A stretch of DNA of 61,375 nt from a virus (Duplodnaviria; Heunggongvirae; Uroviricota; Caudoviricetes), in IMG/VR virus record IMGVR_UViG_3300006145_000003; one strand, 5' to 3'. A program made the translations under genes and the position numbers. Under the pieces are notes generated by a model. It did no database searches. It had not been told where the DNA came from and saw only the letters and a program-made list of their open reading frames with translations. Below are positions 16,935 through 24,247 of the stretch, one piece after another (position 1 is the first letter of the stretch; the number at the start of each line of letters is the position of its first letter).

Positions 16935-16950
16935 CCGCAAAGGGGGGTCA
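16935..16950 (-). promoter_or_regulatory. Repeated oriented motif, copy 2 (TGACCCCCCTTTGCGG)
   Basis: 16-bp exact core, 92 bp from copy 1. Confidence 0.6.
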
Positions 16951-16976
16951 GTTTGTTTTCAGCATTGCTTGCGCAC

Positions 16977-16992
16977 GCCCACTGTCGTGGGC
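16977..16992 (-). other. DGR target-recognition hairpin downstream of VR/IMH
   Basis: GCCCAC-GACA-GTGGGC on the - strand: 6-bp GC stem with a GRNA-type loop, 23 nt past the target stop. Confidence 0.75.
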
Positions 16993-17015
16993 TTGTACTT
17001 TTTTTGATTCTGAGA

Positions 17016-18569
17016 TTAGATTTTGAAAGCCGGGGCCACGCCAGCGGAATTCCTGGCGACGTTGGCGGTCGCGCCGCCGCCCGCGCTCACAGAGCAGAAG
17101 TAGCTGCTGCCGTCGTAATAAGGAGACCGCCCCCACCAACCGGCCGCAGAACTCGTGGCCGTATGCTGGTTCTTCACCTTAGAGTTTCCAGAAGAATAAT
17201 AGGCGTACTGCGCCTGATAGTTTTGCTCTGCACTATTGGCGTATGTTCGCGCACCGAAAATCTCAAACTCTGCCAACAGCGGCAGATAGTCAACAGTTTT
17301 GGTTACATAGGAGGCTGTATTGGAGCCGCCACCAGTGTTGTCCGTGTATTTGTTCATTGGCTGCATCACTGCACGAAGGTCGCTCGGTAAAGCTGCCATC
17401 AAGGTATTTGCAACAGGGCTGGTGGCTGTATTTGTTACCGCATCAGCATTCTTTGTCTTTGTGCTACCAAGAACATCATATCTAAGGTCGCAGCCTTTCC
17501 AACCACCTGAATTTGTATTGGAGCTGTGATTCATATTGAAATATTTAGTACCATCAGTGGAATAGCTGTTGTATTTACTATCAATGAAACAAATATCTGC
17601 ACCACCAGTAAGAGCAGTCTTAAATCCGCCAAAATGGATACCATTGCCCTCTTTTGCGCTGTTATGATTAAAACCGAGGATGTACACATAGTAAGTACCG
17701 TTTACAGAGAGCGTACCAACGGTTCCCTTAATGGTAATAGCCTTGCGGTCACCAACGCTCCAATAGTTTGCGCCTTGATTCTGAGACGAGACCTTGCGAA
17801 TAACATCCCAGGTATTTTCATTCAGCACACGACTAACAGCACGAGGAACTGCGGTAATCCGGTTCGCGGTACTTGTGTTTACAGCGCCCTCTGTAGAAAC
17901 GGGGAAGAGGGTAAAGTAATATGTAGTCTCATTCGTCAACCCAGATACTTCAATGGCATTGCTGGAATACTGGTTCCAAGTTGTGCTATTGACGATAAGC
18001 GTTCCGTCCTCAGGGGACGTTGGATAGCTTCCAGTCTTATATACAAGTTTCGTGCTTGCCCATGTGGAAAGGGTTACACCATCAATTACATTATTAGCTG
18101 CTGGGTCGTTCCATTTCAGGTATACTTTCCCATCAGCAACATCGGCTACGGCGATGTTACTGACATTACCGGTTGGGACAGGGTTGGGAGTAAGAGTTAT
18201 CTCGTTAGCCTCACTATTCGTGTAAGTACCCGTAGCGGAATATGGGAAGAATTTATAATAATAAGTAACACCATCAGACAAACCACTATCGCAAAAATAG
18301 CTTGTCTTATAAGCATCACGAGTTTTGCTATCTAACACCACTGTCCCATCACGACGGCTATTTGGCATAGAACCTGCCTTACGCACCAGCAATGTACCTG
18401 CCCACTTCGCAAGTGTAACCGAATTAAGAACTGTGTCTGCGGGGTCGGTCCACTTGAAGTATGCTTTGCCTGATGCGGTCTGTGTTTTCAAACCACTTAT
18501 GGCAGCAAGTTCAATTCCACCTCCACCGCCAGAACCACTTCCTGATGGAAAGTTAGAAATAATAGGCAT
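17016..18569 (-). CDS. DGR target: receptor-binding tail-fibre protein (2 FN3-like repeats + DUF6273/C-type-lectin-like variable domain)
   Basis: Two W(T/N)DP...DGT...YY.xxFP repeats; C-terminal domain ends in VR (WWGRSP...GVAPAFKI). Confidence 0.9.
   Translation of the reverse strand: MPIISNFPSGSGSGGGGGIELAAISGLKTQTASGKAYFKWTDPADTVLNSVTLAKWAGTLLVRKAGSMPNSRRDGTVVLDSKTRDAYKTSYFCDSGLSDGVTYYYKFFPYSATGTYTNSEANEITLTPNPVPTGNVSNIAVADVADGKVYLKWNDPAANNVIDGVTLSTWASTKLVYKTGSYPTSPEDGTLIVNSTTWNQYSSNAIEVSGLTNETTYYFTLFPVSTEGAVNTSTANRITAVPRAVSRVLNENTWDVIRKVSSQNQGANYWSVGDRKAITIKGTVGTLSVNGTYYVYILGFNHNSAKEGNGIHFGGFKTALTGGADICFIDSKYNSYSTDGTKYFNMNHSSNTNSGGWKGCDLRYDVLGSTKTKNADAVTNTATSPVANTLMAALPSDLRAVMQPMNKYTDNTGGGSNTASYVTKTVDYLPLLAEFEIFGARTYANSAEQNYQAQYAYYSSGNSKVKNQHTATSSAAGWWGRSPYYDGSSYFCSVSAGGGATANVARNSAGVAPAFKI
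17021..17152 (-). repeat. DGR variable repeat (VR)
   Basis: 25 mismatches to TR by hand alignment, 24 of them at TR adenines; 3' GC element GGCGTGGCCCCGG followed by IMH. Confidence 0.97.
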
Positions 18570-18581
18570 AGATTACCTCCT

Positions 18582-18986
18582 TTATCCGAGAAGAATAATT
18601 GTAACAGGAATATCACAGGACGGACGTTCCACTGTTGCAGTGATAGTAAGTGAGCCCTCACTTTGGCCACTAATTGTCAGCCCTGCCGAACATACAGCCT
18701 CTAGCTGTTCGGCGTTAATGTCCTGTGATACACCGATGACCCCATTTTGCTCAGCGCCAAGTCCTTCTATGGAAACAGTCTGAAAGCATACGGAGTCATC
18801 ATCTACCCAACTATCTGCCGGTAATATAAAATTGATTGATTGGCTTAGGTTGGCTTTTTCAGCCAGAACGGCGTCTATTTTCACCATGTTAGAATCAGTT
18901 TCACCATTCATTTTTTCGCGCCAGTCTTTGAACCGTTCGGAGCTATCTTCGGTGATATATAGCCCATAGTTTTTGGTCTCACTCAT
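18582..18986 (-). CDS. Tail-fibre adaptor protein
   Basis: C-terminal domain paralogous to 18999-19424 (QT...QNG.IG..QDI.A.Q.EAV..A...P.CDIPV.I.L.G). Confidence 0.7.
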   Translation of the reverse strand: MSETKNYGLYITEDSSERFKDWREKMNGETDSNMVKIDAVLAEKANLSQSINFILPADSWVDDDSVCFQTVSIEGLGAEQNGVIGVSQDINAEQLEAVCSAGLTISGQSEGSLTITATVERPSCDIPVTIILLG

Positions 18987-18998
18987 AGTGACACCCCC

Positions 18999-19424
18999 TT
19001 ATCCGAATAGGACGATAACGACAGGAATATCACATGGGGGTTGTACCCCATCAGCCGCTATTGTCAGAGTACCAGTTCCTTGTCCGCAGACATACATCTC
19101 AGCGGATTTAACCGCTTCCATCTGAGCGGCAGAAATGTCCTGAGTGATACCGATAATGCCATTCTGGTTGGCTCGAAGCTCTTTTACGGTAATGGTCTGT
19201 TCACCATTACTCCATTTGTCAGCTGCCAGAGTGCTCACCACTGCGGTGCTGTCCACGCCAGAGCCTCCAGAGTTGATGCGGACTCGTTGCTCCACACCAT
19301 CAACTACTGTGTCAACATAAAAGCCACCATCATCTGGGGTTAGATAAAACCAACCCTCATGAAACGGAGTAACGTCAACATCAATACGGGAGCTATCGCC
19401 CTTAAGAAATAAAACGTCTGCCAT
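18999..19424 (-). CDS. Tail-fibre adaptor protein
   Basis: N-terminal MADVLFLKG...GWFY; C-terminal domain paralogous to 18582-18986. Confidence 0.7.
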   Translation of the reverse strand: MADVLFLKGDSSRIDVDVTPFHEGWFYLTPDDGGFYVDTVVDGVEQRVRINSGGSGVDSTAVVSTLAADKWSNGEQTITVKELRANQNGIIGITQDISAAQMEAVKSAEMYVCGQGTGTLTIAADGVQPPCDIPVVIVLFG

Positions 19425-19462
19425 TCTATAGCCTCCCTTGTGTTTTCAAAGTAAAGAAAATG

Positions 19463-19481
19463 GGAAGAGGCGACCTCTTCC
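19463..19481 (-). terminator. Intrinsic terminator-like hairpin
   Basis: ggaagagg/cctcttcc 8-bp stem followed on - by cattttcttt. Confidence 0.6.
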
Positions 19482-19519
19482 TCCTTTCGTGTTAGTGATA
19501 TAAAACTGTCGTTTTGTGA

Positions 19520-20539
19520 TTAGAATGAACCCCACTCCATAGTGAGACCATCAGCATAATCTTTTGCATTCTGCTCAGCGGCATTCCACGCAGCAATCTG
19601 TTCAGCGGTAATACCGTCCAAAACGGTCAGATTATCGTGCTCATGTGCTTTGCCTTCAAGGCTCTCAATACGCTCCACAGCAGCGCTCAAATCCGCAGCC
19701 TTAGCATAATCAGCAATCTCCAGCGCGGCAATAGCAGCGTCAATAGCCTCCTTGATGTAAGCTACAACGGTAGCAGACTCAGCATCCTCTGGTAGAGTAC
19801 CAACCAGCGCAGTCAGGTCAGAAATGGCCTTGTTCATTGCGGCAGCATCATCCGGGTGCGCCTGAATCCACGTAGCAATCTCAGCAAGACTATCCAAAGA
19901 CTCCTTTGCGTTTTCAGGTATGAGCTGCTTAGCTAGCTCCTCATTGGCAATACTGCGAGCAGACTTGCCAGTGTCATCACCAATTAGTGTATTAAGCGTA
20001 TCCTCAGCATTGGTAACACGCTCAGTCAGTCCTTTCAGAGCGGCATCGGTGGCAATGCCGTCTGTTTTCTTGTCTACATATGCTTTGACTGTAGTAAAGG
20101 TTTCATCACCAATTTTCAGAGCACCCACCTTGGCATCAATCTGAGTATCAACATCATCAGCGGTGGTAAAAGTGGATGTTTTGGTGAAAGTCAACTTTCT
20201 GGTAGCCGGGTCATAGGAGACACCATCCAGGGCATTGCCAGTGCCAGTGGTCACAGCGGCGGTAGCGCCAGTATCTATGTTAATCTGTATATACTTCTCG
20301 CCGTCCCATTTAGCCAAGCAATTTAACTCTACAACGTAATACATAGCTGTCATGCTGGGGTTGGTATTAGCCTGCAAAGCTGACAGAGTTTCGAACTCTT
20401 GGAAGTCACCGATGCGCACACGGTTTGTACCGATATCAATATAAATGGCACGCTCATCAGTAGTTACATAAATTGTGCCGTCAGTAATAGCCGCAGGCAA
20501 ATTTGCAAGAAGACCTCTTTTGAAATCAACATTAGCCAT
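19520..20539 (-). CDS. Tail-fibre protein (Mtd/hyaluronidase-N-terminus-like head, coiled-coil body)
   Basis: MANVDFKRG...DGTIYVTTD; ESLDSLAEIATWIQAHP coiled-coil motif. Confidence 0.7.
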   Translation of the reverse strand: MANVDFKRGLLANLPAAITDGTIYVTTDERAIYIDIGTNRVRIGDFQEFETLSALQANTNPSMTAMYYVVELNCLAKWDGEKYIQINIDTGATAAVTTGTGNALDGVSYDPATRKLTFTKTSTFTTADDVDTQIDAKVGALKIGDETFTTVKAYVDKKTDGIATDAALKGLTERVTNAEDTLNTLIGDDTGKSARSIANEELAKQLIPENAKESLDSLAEIATWIQAHPDDAAAMNKAISDLTALVGTLPEDAESATVVAYIKEAIDAAIAALEIADYAKAADLSAAVERIESLEGKAHEHDNLTVLDGITAEQIAAWNAAEQNAKDYADGLTMEWGSF

Positions 20540-20562
20540 AACTTTTCTCCTTTACATAAAGA

Positions 20563-20593
20563 CCCACCCTGCAAGCAAACCTCACAGGGTGGG
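20563..20593 (-). terminator. Terminator-like hairpin
   Basis: cccaccctg/cagggtggg 9-bp stem followed on - by tcttt. Confidence 0.5.
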
Positions 20594-20638
20594 AATCCGT
20601 TTAATTTAGTATCTGGTTGTTGGGTGTCTCAAGAGAAA

Positions 20639-21307
20639 TTACATTTCCTCCCAAACAATCTGCCCGCTCTCGCCGAAAGCAACCTTAACTGGGATGTAGA
20701 TATGAGTGCTATCGGGGTCATTCAGAACTAGGTCGATATAAGGGTCGCCAACTTCAGCGCCCTCATACGGAGTATCTGCAACCTCAACGGTTTTGGTGTC
20801 ACCACTCTGGAGCACCAAATCCTTGGGAATGTTGATTACATCTCCAGCATAAGTAGTAGTTTCACCATCCACCTTCTTCAGCTTATAGGTGGCAGCGAAG
20901 CCCTCTGTAGCCTCATCGGCCTTCTCAATGCTATACTCGGGAGCATTAGAAACATTTGCGCTGGGAACGAACAGGCCATCTTCCTCAACGGTAAGAGCGT
21001 TACCTTCTTTTTCGGAGACCTTTACTCCGATAGTCATACCATCCTCACCAGAGGCAATAACGACAGAGCCATCAACAGCGGTCAGACCAATTGCGCCACC
21101 ACTAGCAAGATTGTCCAGCTTGGTCTTGTCCTCAGCGGACATCAGGCCAGATGCCAGGGTGGTAGCATTTGCGCCCTTACCATACAGCTCCTCGCCCTTA
21201 CGCAGCTCCAGAACATCATGCAGCCAGTAAAGAGTGTTGGGGTCTTTGACCGCCAGCGCGTTATACTGCTCCAGAGTACCGACCTTAAATATTACATTGT
21301 TTGCCAT
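20639..21307 (-). CDS. Tail-fibre protein
   Basis: MANNVIFKVG...KDPNTLYW; GLMSAEDKTKLD repeat motif; ends VWEEM. Confidence 0.7.
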   Translation of the reverse strand: MANNVIFKVGTLEQYNALAVKDPNTLYWLHDVLELRKGEELYGKGANATTLASGLMSAEDKTKLDNLASGGAIGLTAVDGSVVIASGEDGMTIGVKVSEKEGNALTVEEDGLFVPSANVSNAPEYSIEKADEATEGFAATYKLKKVDGETTTYAGDVINIPKDLVLQSGDTKTVEVADTPYEGAEVGDPYIDLVLNDPDSTHIYIPVKVAFGESGQIVWEEM

Positions 21308-21365
21308 AGTAGAACCTCCTTATAAATATTTTATCTATGATACACACAGAGTGTGCTCATGACAA

Positions 21366-22253
21366 TTACATTTCTTCCCACACATACCCGGATGCAGCAC
21401 CCTCACCTTCGACAGCACCCCATTCATCATTCGGATTGAGGTCAACCGGTTCAGGAATATCTCCAGGAGAACTTTCAACTGTGAAGGAAAGAATCCTGTG
21501 GTCATCAACGTGAGGAACATATACTGCTCCGTCTTCACCGACAACCTTTCCAAGATTTGTCGTTGTTTCATCTTCAAAGAAGATAAGGAGTTCACCATCT
21601 TCATTGATTTCAGCATTGATGATTGCCGCAGCATTATCCGCACGAACAAATATTGGCTCTCCGAGAGGAGTCTGCTGGATGACATCTTCACCATTCTCAT
21701 CCACAGTAATAGTGGTAGTAACTAACTGAATGGTGCTAGTCTCTTCGTCGAAGATGAGGTTGTCTGCTTTAGCGTCAATTCGCTCACTGAGCAGTCGTTC
21801 AGCTTTCTCGATTTTATCTTCCATATGACGCTGCATGGCGTAGATAATGCTCAAGTTGCGGTCGCTGATATACTCATCCATATTCTTAGAAGCTATAACT
21901 TGCATCATACATTCGCTACTCTTTGCAATGATTGGATGATGAGGCGGTCCAGCATAAATCTGTATCCAAGTACAAATCTCTCCTGCATATCTAGTCAAAG
22001 TTGCCGTGATGGGCAACGTGTATTGAAGATACCTTTCGTTATATTTATCATCTAGCCTTTTAAGCAAGGTGATATCCGCCGTACCATCAGCGCGAATATA
22101 GCTCAAATATACTGTAGCGGTCATCATATCTACCTCTCCGACCTTTAGTGGAATCAGATAGATTATTTGTTTGTTCATTATATCTCCGCGATAAATTGGC
22201 TCGTTTCGTGTAATTGACAAACACATATCTTCATCTAGCTTAATGTACATCAT
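21366..22253 (-). CDS. Baseplate/BppU-like fibre-attachment protein
   Basis: N-terminal beta domain (LSYIRADG...YTLPITATLTRYAGE); ends VWEEM. Confidence 0.6.
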   Translation of the reverse strand: MMYIKLDEDMCLSITRNEPIYRGDIMNKQIIYLIPLKVGEVDMMTATVYLSYIRADGTADITLLKRLDDKYNERYLQYTLPITATLTRYAGEICTWIQIYAGPPHHPIIAKSSECMMQVIASKNMDEYISDRNLSIIYAMQRHMEDKIEKAERLLSERIDAKADNLIFDEETSTIQLVTTTITVDENGEDVIQQTPLGEPIFVRADNAAAIINAEINEDGELLIFFEDETTTNLGKVVGEDGAVYVPHVDDHRILSFTVESSPGDIPEPVDLNPNDEWGAVEGEGAASGYVWEEM

Positions 22254-22264
22254 ATAATCACCTC

Positions 22265-23197
22265 CTAGCCTTGCAGAATAACATAGTCAACTTCGTCTAA
22301 AGGCGTATCGTTATATATTGAAATCTTATCTAAATCCATCTCAGTAAGCAAACGGTGGCGCTTTACGATAGCTGTGGCATTTGCTACCAGTTCGAAGGAG
22401 CCTATTTCTGGATTTATACAGAGCAACAATAGTTCTGATAGCTCAGATAATAGACCTAAGCAAGCCTTAACAGACTCCTGCTTTTTAATTTGTTCTCCAA
22501 CTAAAACATCTATGGTTTCCAGCTGCGATGAACCGCTACCTAAAGAAAAGTGGATTTCTGTTTTTAAGGTTTCAGCAGCAAGCGATATGGCTCCAGATGC
22601 CATGGTATATACTCGATACAACAAATCCGTTAGTACTGTTTCGGTCTGAATAGAACCAGGTACATGTAGAACACCTAGTTTCTTTATTCCGTCTAGTCGT
22701 GTTCCTGTCTCGACCTGGGAGTGTGCTTTCTCAATGGCATTCTTCAATGAATTCTTTAGCTCTGAAGATAATTCGATATTTGAATATCCGCGCCCAAAAG
22801 ATTTTTTCGTTTGAGCCAGAATAGGGCTTGCATATAACTCCAAGATATTTTGAGCAGCGGCAAATGTATTGCATAGAGTCTGTGATATGTCTGCCTGAAT
22901 GACTATGTTTGATGGTACAGGATTGAGTGCATAGTGTACTTCAAAGTCAGCACTTGTATCAATGACAGTAGGATTATTCAACTTTTCATAACATGTCTTT
23001 ATCATCTCATCAATATGTGCTGTCAATTCGGACCCTGATTCTATAGCAATGAATTTCTGCAGAGTGTAGCTCTCCAGACAAGTTTGCAAAATCAGACGCT
23101 CCATAACAGTAAGTCCATCTCTGTATGGGATAGAGTAAACTATGATGTCGCACTCAGTAAGGCGTCGGCTAAGATAGATATCAAACTCTTTTGCCAT
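22265..23197 (-). CDS. Hypothetical tail/baseplate protein
   Basis: 310-aa ORF with RBS, in the tail operon. Confidence 0.6.
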   Translation of the reverse strand: MAKEFDIYLSRRLTECDIIVYSIPYRDGLTVMERLILQTCLESYTLQKFIAIESGSELTAHIDEMIKTCYEKLNNPTVIDTSADFEVHYALNPVPSNIVIQADISQTLCNTFAAAQNILELYASPILAQTKKSFGRGYSNIELSSELKNSLKNAIEKAHSQVETGTRLDGIKKLGVLHVPGSIQTETVLTDLLYRVYTMASGAISLAAETLKTEIHFSLGSGSSQLETIDVLVGEQIKKQESVKACLGLLSELSELLLLCINPEIGSFELVANATAIVKRHRLLTEMDLDKISIYNDTPLDEVDYVILQG

Positions 23198-23219
23198 ATG
23201 CGACTCAACTCCTTACCTA

Positions 23220-23627
23220 TTACTGTGGATTCTGTGCGGCTAACTTCAGATATCCTTCCTTAATTGTCATAATCGTTGCTGTTTCGACTCTGCGTGGCGT
23301 AGACAGCTCGCCGAACATTAGCAAGTTTCCGCTATCGATAGCATCCGAATCGTAAATAACGTAGTGCGTAATAGTTCCCCAATCAGCGGTGCTTTCATCA
23401 AAGTTGATTGCAAGCTCATTGGTGACGGTTCCGTCTGTAGGGGTGGTTAGCGAGTTGAGCTCCTTACGTGAATATCCAGCATCAGTAGAAGGCTCATTTA
23501 CACCAGTGCCATCCAGGTTGGGTGTGGTAGAACTTAGACCAATATAATACTTGGAGGGTACTGTGGGAGTCTTCTGAGTGCCAAATAGATTGCCAGATAC
23601 TAGGTTAAGAAAGTATGTAGTATTCAT
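23220..23627 (-). CDS. Minor tail protein
   Basis: YYIGLSSTTP...EPS...GYSR...F.EST.DWGTITHY.IYD...GNLL..G.L family pattern. Confidence 0.7.
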   Translation of the reverse strand: MNTTYFLNLVSGNLFGTQKTPTVPSKYYIGLSSTTPNLDGTGVNEPSTDAGYSRKELNSLTTPTDGTVTNELAINFDESTADWGTITHYVIYDSDAIDSGNLLMFGELSTPRRVETATIMTIKEGYLKLAAQNPQ

Positions 23628-23658
23628 ATGTCATCCTCCATTTAAACAAAAATAAAGC

Positions 23659-23676
23659 CAGCTGCGTGAGCAGCTG
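23659..23676 (-). terminator. Terminator-like hairpin
   Basis: cagctgc/gcagctg stem followed on - by gctttatttttg. Confidence 0.5.
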
Positions 23677-23682
23677 TACAGG

Positions 23683-24063
23683 TTACTTGATGAAGCTTTT
23701 GTCTATATTGTTTGTGATGTAAAGCAAGCCTTGCTTCGGTATTTCAACATCTCCATCAATATCCTTTATCTGAATCTGATAGATATATTTACCAGCCAAA
23801 TGCACAGTCTCTGATGGTTCGAGAGTTACAGTCAATACATTGTTTATGGAGCCATCATTACTGAAGCTTACCCCCATAGGCTTTGTGAGTATAGGTACGC
23901 CGGTCTTGTTCCGTAAACTAACTATTGAAAAGCTAGAAGTACACCCACTCAGGCTGTATGGCTTCTTGTTCTTATAGAAATACACACTAATTGCAAGGTC
24001 TTGTGTTTCGCCTCCAACAAAGTCAATTGTGGGAAGTTGATATGGGCTGTAGTCTGTGAGCAT
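23683..24063 (-). CDS. BppU-N-terminus-like baseplate protein
   Basis: LSGCTSSFSI...VTLEPSET..LAGKYIYQIQI. Confidence 0.65.
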   Translation of the reverse strand: MLTDYSPYQLPTIDFVGGETQDLAISVYFYKNKKPYSLSGCTSSFSIVSLRNKTGVPILTKPMGVSFSNDGSINNVLTVTLEPSETVHLAGKYIYQIQIKDIDGDVEIPKQGLLYITNNIDKSFIK

Positions 24064-24074
24064 GATACACCTCC

Positions 24075-24245
24075 TTACTTTTCAGAGTTATCATCCTCTA
24101 GCGAGCATTTGTTAAGCGTAGTTGCTATGTCCTCAAGCGTAGCAATACTACCAGCTAAATTGGTAAGGTTGGCCTTGCCATTAACACTAATCTCATTCAG
24201 AGCATTTAGCACAGCTCCAAGCATTTGCATAACGGTTTCTTTCAT
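24075..24245 (-). CDS. 56-aa hypothetical protein (not in the ORF track)
   Basis: GAGGAG RBS; MKETVMQMLGAVLNALNEISVNGKANLTNLAGSIATLE...; exactly fills the gap. Confidence 0.6.
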   Translation of the reverse strand: MKETVMQMLGAVLNALNEISVNGKANLTNLAGSIATLEDIATTLNKCSLEDDNSEK

Positions 24246-24247
24246 AT

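Larger units (their letters stand above)
14679..18569 (-). mobile_element. Diversity-generating retroelement (target-VR / hairpin / avd / TR / spacer / RT)
   Basis: TR/VR pair with adenine-specific mismatches plus RT and Avd in canonical order. Confidence 0.97.

Noticed and set aside
17526-18335. 269-aa + strand ORF
   Set aside because: Fully antisense to the DGR target; no motif or RBS support
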